Assembly (NCBI GenBank): GCA_963847625.1
Contig: CAWKAR010000028.1
Location: forward strand, 108,834 to 172,833
Length of the DNA stretch: 64,000 nt
Source of the DNA: a candidate division FCPU426 bacterium
GTDB lineage: Bacteria > Oederibacteriota > Muellerivitia > Muellerivitales > Muellerivitaceae
Direction: 5' to 3'
The notes below the pieces were generated by a model that saw only the letters and a list, made by a program, of their open reading frames with translations, made no database searches and was not told the DNA's origin. Every line of letters begins with the position of its first letter. The stretch's first letter is position 1. Of this stretch, positions 53,537-64,000 are shown piece after piece. Made by a program: the position numbers and the translations under genes.

Positions 53537-55978
53537 TTATACTGTGTCAACCTCGCTCAAGGCGAATGCCTTTCTAAGTTTCACAGTGCTCAAATTTTTC
53601 CTCTTTAAAAACTCATAGATCAAGATGGGCTCAATCTTCATGGGCGGTTTCTTGCTTTTTCGTAGTGTTTCGGAAATGCGCCTGGGGCTGTATTCGGGGT
53701 TCTTCGCGAGGATGGCGGTCACCGCTTCTTTTTGCGGCTGAGACAATTCCCGCAGAGGAATCCGGTTCTTGGGAGGGACGGGCCTCAAACCCGCGTTCCC
53801 TTTCCGGCGCATGATTTTCAGGTAGCGGTAATAGGCCTGGGTGGAAATGTTCATCCGCCTGCAGGCCTCCGCCACGGAGAGCTTTTCCTTTTTCACGAGG
53901 TCCAGGAGTTTCCTCCTGAAATGGAAAACCGCGTTCTCAGCCTTCATTTTTTCCTTGATGGCCACCACCGTGATGTCGTCGTGCTGTTCCGCCCCCTTGG
54001 TGAACTGGGCGATGGCCTCATTGAGCTTCTCCACGAACTCCTGGGGGGTTAAGTGAGCGTTGGCCTTGATGACGTCATTGAGCCTGGCTTCCCCGAACTG
54101 TTCTTTCTTGAGGTTCATGGCCTCCGTGATGCCGTCGGTATAGATCACCAGGATATCGTTCTTTTGCAAGCTGACTTTCTGGGGGGCCATGTTTTTTTCA
54201 AACATCTCTTTTTCCGGCAGGTCGATCCCCACGGGAAAGCCCTTGGGTTTGAGGTAATAGAGTTCCTTGCTGCCCCCCCGGAATAGGATCATCGGATTAT
54301 GCCCCGCGCTGGCGAAATTAATGGTCCGGTTTCTCGAATCCAGGATGATATAAAACATCGTGACGAACATTCCCTTTTTCATGTCCGAGGTGACGTGATT
54401 GTTGACTTTGGCGAGAACATTCGACGCGGATTTGTTGTTTCGCGCTTCCAAACGCATCGCCGTCCGGATCATAGTCATGACCATGGAACCCGGAACTCCC
54501 TTGCCTGAAACGTCCGCCACCACGATCCCCAGGGTGGTCGGATCCACCCAGAAAAAGTCGTAATAATCGCCCCCGACCTCCTTGGCGGCACGGTAGGTGG
54601 CCCCGATTTCATAACCCTCAATCTGGGGGAATTCGGCTGGAAGCAGGGTATGCTGGATTTCCTGCGCCACTTGCATCTCTTTTTGCATTCTTTCCTGCTC
54701 CATCATCCCTTTCTGGGAATCCTGGATGCGGCTGGTCATATCATTGAAGATATTGGCCAGTTGACCGAATTCGTCCTGGCTGTCCAAATTAATCCGCGCG
54801 TCCAAATTCCCGGTCGACATGGCGTGAACGCCTTCCAGGATCTTCCGGAAAGGCCGGATGACGATGCGGGACAGGAAATAAAGGCCGGCAATGCTGATCA
54901 GGGACATCCAAAAGATGAGCCTCCGGAAATCGGATTTTACCGCGCTGGACAAAGCCTCGACGGCCCGGTCGCTTACCCCCGTGTGGGCCTCACCCACCCA
55001 TTTGCCACGGAAAAAGATGGGTGAGGTGTAGTCAGTGACGGTGCCGTGCGGAGTGGAAACTTGGAAGGTCCGGATGCCAGTGGTCTTTACCATCTTTGTA
55101 CCGGGAGGCGGCTGGTAAATTTTAAAGAGCTGGTTCAAATCGGAATGGGACAGGTACCTGCCGTCCTCCCCCACGATAAAAAGATAATCCAGGACCTTAA
55201 ATTGGTCCTGGGATACCACGCGGTGGATCATGCGATCTAATTCCAGGTCGTTCTTCCCGATCACGGCCGGGCCCGACTCGGAAGCGATCGTCTCGATGAT
55301 CAGGTTCACTTTCTCGGTCTGTTGGCGGGCGACGAAGGATGCCTGCTTGTAGCTTAAAAAGAAAAAGGTTGAGAGGACTAGGACGGTCACCAACAGTGCC
55401 GATCCGACGGTGAATTTGGCGGAAATGGGCACCGCCCCCTGCCGCAGGCCCAATTCCTTCGGGGGAGCCTTGGAAAGCTTTCGATACAGGGTCATTTCGT
55501 TGCGGTCCCCGTAGGACCGGTAAGTGACCCGGTCCACGACTTTTCTGATGAGCCAGATCCCCAGCCCCCCCTTTTTCCCGATATCCACGTAATGTTCCAG
55601 GTCCGGGTCCTTCACCGAGCCGAAGTCGAAGGCTTTTCCATGGTCGATGATTTTGACCCTGATGTCGTAAAGTCCGATGCCGACCTCCAACTCGATCTTG
55701 CCGTTGCGGATGTTGGTGTAGGCATGCCGGATGATGTTGGTGCAAGCCTCATCCACGGCCAAAATGACGGAGGTGGCCTCCTTGGTGGTGCACCCCGCAG
55801 AGTCGCAGACCCGTTGAATGAAATTCTTAATGTTCAGCAGTTCGATTTCCTTCGCCGGCGCTTCCAGCCGCAGGATGTGCCTTTTTGTCTGGAAGGAGAA
55901 AGAGGAAAAAAGTTCCTTGAAATAAGGGGGTATTTTCAAGGAAGAATAAAGTTTCATCAAATAAGGGGGTGTTTTCAT
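53537..55978 (-). CDS. Hybrid of RsbW-like kinase, 2-TM sensor, HAMP, SpoIIE/RsbU PP2C phosphatase and HTH
   Basis: LAVDEACTNIIRHAY, DHGKAFD, GGLGIWLI (HATPase_c_2); two TMs; HAMP DEFGQLANIFNDM; EVGGDYYD, ADVSGKG, YTDGITEA, DDIT (PP2C); LSVAEACRRMNISTQAYYRY (HTH). ATG 55978 overlaps the upstream stop (ATGA). Confidence 0.9.
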   Translation of the reverse strand: MKTPPYLMKLYSSLKIPPYFKELFSSFSFQTKRHILRLEAPAKEIELLNIKNFIQRVCDSAGCTTKEATSVILAVDEACTNIIRHAYTNIRNGKIELEVGIGLYDIRVKIIDHGKAFDFGSVKDPDLEHYVDIGKKGGLGIWLIRKVVDRVTYRSYGDRNEMTLYRKLSKAPPKELGLRQGAVPISAKFTVGSALLVTVLVLSTFFFLSYKQASFVARQQTEKVNLIIETIASESGPAVIGKNDLELDRMIHRVVSQDQFKVLDYLFIVGEDGRYLSHSDLNQLFKIYQPPPGTKMVKTTGIRTFQVSTPHGTVTDYTSPIFFRGKWVGEAHTGVSDRAVEALSSAVKSDFRRLIFWMSLISIAGLYFLSRIVIRPFRKILEGVHAMSTGNLDARINLDSQDEFGQLANIFNDMTSRIQDSQKGMMEQERMQKEMQVAQEIQHTLLPAEFPQIEGYEIGATYRAAKEVGGDYYDFFWVDPTTLGIVVADVSGKGVPGSMVMTMIRTAMRLEARNNKSASNVLAKVNNHVTSDMKKGMFVTMFYIILDSRNRTINFASAGHNPMILFRGGSKELYYLKPKGFPVGIDLPEKEMFEKNMAPQKVSLQKNDILVIYTDGITEAMNLKKEQFGEARLNDVIKANAHLTPQEFVEKLNEAIAQFTKGAEQHDDITVVAIKEKMKAENAVFHFRRKLLDLVKKEKLSVAEACRRMNISTQAYYRYLKIMRRKGNAGLRPVPPKNRIPLRELSQPQKEAVTAILAKNPEYSPRRISETLRKSKKPPMKIEPILIYEFLKRKNLSTVKLRKAFALSEVDTV

Positions 55979-57636
55979 GGGTGGTTGCTCCCTCCCCCGC
56001 CGCTCAAGGGTTTCTCGGTCGTTTTGGATTCCTTCAGCCTTTTCCTGGCTTCCTCGAGGTTTCTTTGGATGAGGAAGTTCTTGGGACTTTTCGCGAGTAC
56101 CTTTTCCCAATCGGTGACCGCTTCCTGGTATTTACCCGCGAGGTAGGCCTCCACGCCCTTGGCGTAAAGGGTAGTAAGTTCCTTGGTCATGGATTCCAAG
56201 GGTTGATAATGGCTTTGGGCGTCATGATAAAGGAACTTGACATCCCGGTACCCGGGATCAATCTGGTACACGGCTTGCAGGTTATCCACGGCAGTGGTGT
56301 AATCCTCCTGGCTGTACGCCTCCACCCCCCGGACGTAATTCGTGGAAAGCATCATGTCCTTGTCCACCATCTTCAGGAGCGTCTGGGCGTCGGGATTTCC
56401 GGGATCCAGGGCGAGCACCTTCCCCAGAAGCGGCAGGGCCCTGTCGTAATTCCCATTCTTGATTTCCTGGCGGATCACTCCCAATTGGCCCGCCACCAGG
56501 GCGTTCCTGCGTCTTTCGAGGTTCCGGATGGCTCCGGGAGCCTCCTCATCGTCCGGAAACTCGTTCAAGACGTTTTTCCAAGCCCGGATGGCCGGGCTGA
56601 AGTCGTCGCTCTTGGCATAACTCCGGGCCACCCATTTCAAAAGGTCCATTCTTTGGGCCTGCAAGGGGTCCCGGTAAGTCCCGAATGAATAGCTCAGGGA
56701 AAACCGGTGGAGAACCCCCAAGTCCCTTTGGTTGTAGGCATAATCGAATTCAAAGCCATAAAGCCGCAGGCCGGCTCCCGCGGTGGGGCTGGTTCCATCA
56801 AACCCCCCGCGCCCATAAATTACGTTATTAAATCCGTACTCCACTCCAGCCTTGAGAAGATTTTCACCCCCCTGGACCATTTCCCCTTCGACTGTCAGCC
56901 AGAGGGAATTCCCTTCCGAGGGCTGGAAAAAATAAGAGAGGGCCGGCCTGTAAACCCTGACCGGTTGATCCGCTGTCTGGAACAATTTGACCTGGGGTTG
57001 TAGGAGATTGGAGGCGGATAACCCAAGCGCCAAGTTACGGAGCCCGATCCGGCGGAAATCCGAGGGGGTTTCCGAAAGGCGGTATAAAAGCCCGACATCA
57101 ACCCCCACCCCGCTGCCTTGGTAGGAATCCATTTGCTGGCGCAGGTACTTTACGGCGGCCCCGAAATCGAGGCCCCCCGGCAAACGGAAGCCGCCTCCCA
57201 CCATTCCTTCAAACTGCTGTGAAGAAAAGGTCGAAATCGGCAGGACGTTGTTCTGGGTCTTCAGGATATCCGAGGTCCCCAATTGGATGAAGGCGGCTCC
57301 TAAACCGGCGTGGCCGCTCACCGGGTGGACATAACCGACAGCATCGTAAGAGGTATCCAGGAAAAGGGGCGCGTGGAGTGAAAGGAGTTGATAGTTCTTT
57401 AAAGTTGCCAAAGCCGCCGGGTTTGCGAAGAAACTATTGCCGTCCCCTGTCACAGCCACCGACGTGTCACCCATACCCAGGGATCTGGCGGAGCCGCCGA
57501 GTTCGAAAGGCAACATGATCCCCCCCGAATCCGTCGTTTGTCCAGAAACCATCGAAGGCGACGGGATCGCCCCAAAAACGCAGAAACACAGGATTCTAAT
57601 GGTACGAATGAAAATCGGACGTATCGATGTCGTCAT
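55975..57636 (-). CDS. PorV/PorQ (UPF0164)-family outer-membrane protein fused to TPRs
   Basis: GGSARSLGMGDTSVA..DGNSFFANPAALA N-terminal signature, beta-barrel pattern ending FDYAY..LGVLHRFSLSYSFG, then helical TPRs. Confidence 0.85.
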   Translation of the reverse strand: MTTSIRPIFIRTIRILCFCVFGAIPSPSMVSGQTTDSGGIMLPFELGGSARSLGMGDTSVAVTGDGNSFFANPAALATLKNYQLLSLHAPLFLDTSYDAVGYVHPVSGHAGLGAAFIQLGTSDILKTQNNVLPISTFSSQQFEGMVGGGFRLPGGLDFGAAVKYLRQQMDSYQGSGVGVDVGLLYRLSETPSDFRRIGLRNLALGLSASNLLQPQVKLFQTADQPVRVYRPALSYFFQPSEGNSLWLTVEGEMVQGGENLLKAGVEYGFNNVIYGRGGFDGTSPTAGAGLRLYGFEFDYAYNQRDLGVLHRFSLSYSFGTYRDPLQAQRMDLLKWVARSYAKSDDFSPAIRAWKNVLNEFPDDEEAPGAIRNLERRRNALVAGQLGVIRQEIKNGNYDRALPLLGKVLALDPGNPDAQTLLKMVDKDMMLSTNYVRGVEAYSQEDYTTAVDNLQAVYQIDPGYRDVKFLYHDAQSHYQPLESMTKELTTLYAKGVEAYLAGKYQEAVTDWEKVLAKSPKNFLIQRNLEEARKRLKESKTTEKPLSGGGGSNHP

Positions 57637-60600
57637 TATTTCACCACCGCTATTTTCAGCAGGTATTTGTTCCCGTTGACGCTGAGTTGGGCGTAGTAAA
57701 CCCCGTTGAGCACATAAGAACCCCTTCCGTTACGCCCGTCCCAGGAAATTCTTTGAAGGCCGGCCGCGAGGACTTGGTTTTCCAGCAAAGTGGCAACTTT
57801 AGCTCCCATGACATCATAAAGTTGCAGAGACACGTTTGTGGGGACGGTCAAGTTGAACTCGATAGTCGTACTCTCCAACCCGGCCCGGAAGGGATTGGGA
57901 TAGTTTCCGTAAGTGGACGCGACATCCGGGGGAAGGAAAGCCATGGTCTCGGATCGGATGGGAAATCCGGTGGAATCGCCGATAGTGGTGACACCGGCCA
58001 CGGTGGCGGGAGCCACGGGGTCTTCAGCGTTGAAGGATCCAGGTCCGTCAAGCGAAAGCTTGACACTCTTGGCCGTGGGTTGGAGGGCCATATCCACCCC
58101 CACGGTGACAGGAAGGGAGGATAAAGCTGGTACCGTGAGGGCGGTTCCCAAGGTCACTAAATCGGAAGTGGAACCAGCGACATTGAGCGATGTAGTTGTC
58201 CCTCCCCCCGCCGTATACCAAAGGTTCCGGAAAGCGGCTCCGAAGGCCACCGGATTGTTATTTGCATCCTCCGCGTGAAAGACCAGGCCCATGATGGAAA
58301 TGGGATCACTCCCTTGTTTCACGGTGAAGTCGAGAATGAGAACGGCGATGCCGGTTTGTCCGCCTGTCACGGTGGAAAGCGTGGGTGAGAGGTGAGTCAC
58401 ATTCAAGATAAGGCTTCGGCTTCCGGCTAACACAGAGACGGGATCGCTTATGCCCGTTTTACCGTTGTTCAAGTCTCTTGCCGTAACGGTTTGGCTGCTA
58501 CTGGGCGTATCCAGCACGATGTTGTTATTCGTGGCAGTTCCCTGGTTGAGAACAACGCTTCCTTCCGCGGGCGAATTCGGGTCGCTGACGGTGAACGTCA
58601 AGGGATCGGCGGCCCCGGTGAAAACGTTGAAATAAGCGTCCACGGCGTTCACCGTGGCCGCGAAAGGATATCCCGCCTGGACATTGCTGGGACTGCCGAT
58701 ATGGCCCGCGGGATCGGTGGAGGGTTTTCCCGGATCTGCCGTTTCACCCGGCAATAACACTTGGAGTTGAGCGTAGGAAGTCGCCGCAACCGTGACGGTT
58801 AAACCAGCCGGGGTCAAGGATGTGGAAGAAGCCGTGAGGGCCCAGGCTCCGGCTTTATAGTCACGGTAATTGATCGTGGCCGCCGAGGAACCGGGTGAGA
58901 TGGTCAAGGCCGAAATCGTGGTGCTTCCCGATGAATCCAGGAAATAGTATTCCCCGCTCGAGTTGGAATAAAGATTAACCGTTATGACTCCCATTAAGGT
59001 GGCTGGTTGGCCCAATGAGTTTTGGACTTCGACCACAAGAGGTCCTCCGTTTACACCCGCGATGAAAGGCGTCAATGCCGGTGAAGGGGTGAGAAATACA
59101 ATTTGAGTTGGAGGCAGTGGGGTGGATGTCGGTGTATTCGTGGGGGTATTCGTATTTGTTGGCGTGTTCGTCGGCGTAAAGGTAGGCGTATGCGTGGGTG
59201 TGTTCGTGGGTGTGTTCGTCGGTGTGTTGGTGGGAGTATTGGTGGGTGTATTCGTTGGTGTATTTGTTGGGGTATTAGTAGGTGTATTCGTCGGAGTACT
59301 CGTGGGGGTATTCGTGGGCGTGGACGTCGGCGTTAAGGTCGGATTTGCCACAGTGATCACCGCTCCACCCACCGGCACCCCGCTTACCTGCACCGCCTGC
59401 CCGGATACCCCATCTGTTCCCTGCAAACTCTGCAAGTTCGTCGAGTAGACGCCCGTCGCCGAAGAACCTGAGAAATTATAGGTCACCAGATAATTCCCGG
59501 AGGTCAATCCCGCACCCAGTGAATCGTTGAAGTTCAATACCACCTGGCCGCCCGACCAGCTGTTTGAACTGGATATAACCGTCGTTCCTTTCAGCAGGCT
59601 CGCCGTGATCATCGTAACCGAACCGCCCACCGGCGTTACCACCGCTATTACAATGGAATTCAGGCTCACTGTATCCGGACTGGGGTTTGTCACCTTGAAC
59701 TGCAACACCGGCACCCCAATGGCACCCGGTAATTGTGTCGAATTCGGCGGGGTTCCCGCCACCGTGATCACCGACAATACCGGCGGTGTCGAAGTAGGCG
59801 TGGGTGTCGCGGTGGGTGTGTTCGTGGGTGTGTTCGTCGGTGTGTTGGTGGGAGTATTGGTGGGTGTATTCGTTGGTGTATTTGTTGGGGTATTAGTAGG
59901 TGTATTCGTCGGAGTACTCGTGGGGGTATTCGTGGGCGTGGACGTCGGCGTTAAGGTCGGATTTGCCACAGTGATCACCGCTCCACCCACCGGCACCCCG
60001 CTTACCTGCACCGCCTGCCCGGATACCCCATCTGTTCCCTGCAAACTCTGCAAGTTCGTCGAGTAGACGCCCGTCGCCGAAGAACCTGAGAAATTATAGG
60101 TCACCAGATAATTCCCGGAGGTCAATCCCGCACCCAGTGAATCGTTGAAGTTCAATACCACCTGGCCGCCCGACCAGCTGTTTGAACTGGATATAACCGT
60201 CGTTCCTTTCAGCAGGCTCGCCGTGATCATCGTAACCGAACCGCCCACCGGCGTTACCACCGCTATTACAATGGAATTCAGGCTCACTGTATCCGGACTG
60301 GGGTTTGTCACCTTGAACTGCAACACCGGCACCCCAATGGCACCCGGTAATTGTGTCGAATTCGGCGGGGTTCCCGCCACCGTGATCACCGACAATACCG
60401 GCGGTGTCGAAGTAGGCGTGGGTGTCGCGGTGGGTGTGTTCGTGGGTGTGTTCGTCGGTGTGTTGGTGGGAGTATTGGTGGGTGTATTCGTTGGTGTATT
60501 TGTTGGGGTATTAGTAGGTGTATTCGTCGGAGTACTCGTGGGGGTATTCGTGGGCGTGGACGTCGGCGTTAAGGTCGGATTTGCCACAGTGATCACCGCT

Positions 60601-63600
60601 CCACCCACCGGCACCCCGCTTACCTGCACCGCCTGCCCGGATACCCCATCTGTTCCCTGCAAACTCTGCAAGTTCGTCGAGTAGACGCCCGTCGCCGAAG
60701 AACCTGAGAAATTATAGGTCACCAGATAATTCCCGGAGGTCAATCCCGCACCCAGTGAATCGTTGAAGTTCAATACCACCTGGCCGCCCGACCAGCTGTT
60801 TGAACTGGATATAACCGTCGTTCCTTTCAGCAGGCTCGCCGTGATCATCGTAACCGAACCGCCCACCGGCGTTACCACCGCTATTACAATGGAATTCAGG
60901 CTCACTGTATCCGGACTGGGGTTTGTCACCTTGAACTGCAACACCGGCACCCCAATGGCACCCGGTAATTGTGTCGAATTCGGCGGGGTTCCCGCCACCG
61001 TGATCACCGACAATACCGGCGGTGTCGAAGTAGGCGTGGGTGTCGCGGTGGGTGTGTTCGTGGGTGTGTTCGTCGGTGTGTTGGTGGGAGTATTGGTGGG
61101 TGTATTCGTTGGTGTATTTGTTGGGGTATTAGTAGGTGTATTCGTCGGAGTACTCGTGGGGGTATTCGTGGGCGTGGACGTCGGCGTTAAGGTCGGATTT
61201 GCCACAGTGATCACCGCTCCACCCACCGGCACCCCGCTTACCTGCACCGCCTGCCCGGATACCCCATCTGTTCCCTGCAAACTCTGCAAGTTCGTCGAGT
61301 AGACGCCCGTCGCCGAAGAACCTGAGAAATTATAGGTCACCAGATAATTCCCGGAGGTCAATCCCGCACCCAGTGAATCGTTGAAGTTCAATACCACCTG
61401 GCCGCCCGACCAGCTGTTTGAACTGGATATAACCGTCGTTCCTTTCAGCAGGCTCGCCGTGATCATCGTAACCGAACCGCCCACCGGCGTTACCACCGCT
61501 ATTACAATGGAATTCAGGCTCACTGTATCCGGACTGGGGTTTGTCACCTTGAACTGCAACACCGGCACCCCAATGGCACCCGGTAATTGTGTCGAATTCG
61601 GCGGGGTTCCCGCCACCGTGATCACCGACAATACCGGCGGTGTCGAAGTAGGCGTGGGTGTCGCGGTGGGTGTGTTCGTGGGTGTGTTCGTCGGTGTGTT
61701 GGTGGGAGTATTGGTGGGTGTATTCGTTGGTGTATTTGTTGGGGTATTAAGTAGGTGTATTCGTCGGAGTACTCGTGGGGGTATTCGTGGGCGTGGACGT
61801 CGGCGTTAAGGTCGGATTTGCCACAGTGATCACCGCTCCACCCACCGGCACCCCGCTTACCTGCACCGCCTGCCCGGATACCCCATCTGTTCCCTGCAAA
61901 CTCTGCAAGTTCGTCGAGTAGACGCCCGTCGCCGAAGAACCTGAGAAATTATAGGTCACCAGATAATTCCCGGAGGTCGATCCCGCACCCAGTGAATCGT
62001 TGAAGTTCAATACCACCTGGCCGCCCGACCAGCTGTTTGAACTGGATATAACCGTCGTTCCTTTCAGCAGGCTCGCCGTGATCATCGTAACCGAACCGCC
62101 CACCGGCGTTACCACCGCTATTACAATGGAATTCAGGCTCACTGTATCCGGACTGGGGTTTGTCACCTTGAACTGCAACACCGGCACCCCAATGGCACCC
62201 GGTAATTGTGTCGAATTCGGCGGGGTTCCCGCCACCGTGATCACCGACAATACCGGCGGTGTCGAAGTAGGCGTGGGTGTCGCGGTGGGTGTGTTCGTGG
62301 GTGTGTTCGTCGGTGTGTTGGTGGGAGTATTGGTGGGTGTATTCGTTGGTGTATTTGTTGGGGTATTAGTAGGTGTATTCGTCGGAGTACTCGTGGGGGT
62401 ATTCGTGGGCGTGGACGTCGGCGTTAAGGTCGGATTTGCCACAGTGATCACCGCTCCACCCACCGGCACCCCGCTTACCTGCACCGCCTGCCCGGATACC
62501 CCATCTGTTCCCTGCAAACTCTGCAAGTTCGTCGAGTAGACGCCCGTCAGCTAGAAGGCCTGAGAAATTATAGGTCACCAGATAATTCCCGGAGGTCAAT
62601 CCCGCACCCAGTGAATCGTTGAAGTTCAATACCACCTGGCCGCCCGACCAGCTGTTTGAACTGGATATAACCGTCGTTCCTTTCAGCAGGCTCGCCGTGA
62701 TCATCGTAACCGAACCGCCCACCGGCGTTACCACCGCTATTACAATGGAATTCAGGCTCACTGTATCCGGACTGGGGTTTGTCACCTTGAACTGCAACAC
62801 CGGCACCCCAATGGCACCCGGTAATTGTGTCGAATTCGGCGGGGTTCCCGCCACCGTGATCACCGACAATACCGGCGGTGTCGAAGTAGGCGTGGGTGTC
62901 GCGGTGGGTGTGTTCGTGGGTGTGTTCGTCGGTGTGTTGGTGGGAGTATTGGTGGGTGTATTCGTTGGTGTATTTGTTGGGGTATTAGTAGGTGTATTCG
63001 TCGGAGTACTCGTGGGGGTATTCGTGGGCGTGGACGTCGGCGTTAAGGTCGGATTTGCCACAGTGATCACCGCTCCACCCACCGGCACCCCGCTTACCTG
63101 CACCGCCTGCCCGGATACCCCATCTGTTCCCTGCAAACTCTGCAAGTTCGTCGAGTAGACGCCCGTCGCCGAAGAACCTGAGAAATTATAGGTCACCAGA
63201 TAATTCCCGGAGGTCAATCCCGCACCCAGTGAATCGTTGAAGTTCAATACCACCTGGCCGCCCGACCAGCTGTTTGAACTGGATATAACCGTCGTTCCTT
63301 TCAGCAGGCTCGCCGTGATCATCGTAACCGAACCGCCCACCGGCGTTACCACCGCTATTACAATGGAATTCAGGCTCACTGTATCCGGACTGGGGTTTGT
63401 CACCTTGAACTGCAACACCGGCACCCCAATGGCACCCGGTAATTGTGTCGAATTCGGCGGGGTTCCCGCCACCGTGATCACCGACAATACCGGCGGTGTC
63501 GAAGTAGGCGTGGGTGTCGCGGTGGGTGTGTTCGTGGGTGTGTTCGTCGGTGTGTTCGTGGGCGGATGTATTGGTGGGTGTATTCGTTGGTGTATTTGTT

Positions 63601-64000
63601 GGGGTATTAGTAGGTGTATTCGTCGGAGTACTCGTGGGGGTATTCGTGGGCGTGGACGTCGGCGTTAAGGTCGGATTTGCCACAGTGATCACCGCTCCAC
63701 CCGCGGGCACCCCGCTTACCTGCACCGCCTCCCCGGATACCCCATCTGTTCCCTGCAAACTCTGCAAGTTCGTCGAGTAGACGCCCGTCGCCGAAGAACC
63801 TGAGAAATTATAGGTCACCAGATAATTCCCGGAGGTCAATCCCGCACCCAGTGAATCGTTGAAGTTCAATACCACCTGGCCGCCCGACCAGCTGTTTGAA
63901 CTGGATATAACCGTCGTTCCTTTCAGCAGGCTCGCCGTGATCATCGTAACCGAACCGCCCACCGGCGTTACCACCGCTATTACAATGGAATTCAGGCTCA
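57636..64000 (-). CDS. Giant repetitive surface protein (206-aa Ig-like + PTNT repeats) with FlgD-Ig/T9SS-like CTD; 5' end outside the window, three apparent frameshifts
   Basis: ORFs 57636..61631, 61747..62526, 62366..63487 and 63186..63974 encode the same repeat. C-terminus [32 protein letters not shown]. The stop overlaps the PorV-like start (TAATG). Confidence 0.88.
59194..64000. repeat. Near-identical 618-bp tandem repeat, about 7.8 copies visible
   Basis: The same landmark recurs at 59527, 60145, 60763, 61381, 62000, 62619, 63237 and 63859 (spacings 618, 618, 618, 619, 619, 618, 622). Confidence 0.97.

Noticed and set aside
59103..63780. Plus-strand Val/Gly-rich and Arg-rich repeat ORFs (also opposite other PT linkers)
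   Set aside because: They are antisense translations of Thr/Pro codons, with no independent evidence of being genes.
61747..63974. Separate genes or programmed frameshifting in the repeat array
   Set aside because: The indels differ between otherwise identical copies and cluster with substitutions, as expected for sequencing noise.

Overview
Bacterial genomic window dominated by large secreted or surface proteins with Pro/Thr-rich linkers. Eight of them end in a short beta-rich C-terminal domain (CTD) resembling FlgD-Ig/T9SS type-A sorting signals. Left to right: (1) a truncated DUF3683-type FAD/Fe-S oxidoreductase; (2) an AT-rich accessory patch (about 3.2-8.9 kb) with a DUF4238-like gene, a nonsense-interrupted gene and two independently inserted IS30 elements, one of which separates the start codon of a secreted-protein gene from its body; (3) two NHL lipoproteins bracketed by duplicated DUF4143 gene remnants, a 21/42-bp-periodic repeat field and a Fic gene; (4) a 26-kb minus-strand array of CTD-bearing genes (frameshifted S53 peptidase, four SBBP beta-propeller proteins, a DUF11-like protein) with an embedded TMTC-like GT-C glycosyltransferase and orphan CTD tails that suggest sorting-signal swapping; (5) otsB, a quinone reductase, a GT39-like glycosyltransferase, another CTD protein, tRNA-Gln, gltX, PilZ and TPR genes; (6) an apparent operon: giant 618-bp-repeat CTD protein -> PorV/PorQ-family-TPR protein -> RsbW-sensor-HAMP-PP2C-HTH hybrid -> STAS protein. 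The best candidate for an undescribed system is a T9SS-like, PorV-associated surface-display pathway with Thr-linker glycosylation, linked to a partner-switching sensor. All family calls come from motifs recognised by eye; no searches were run.
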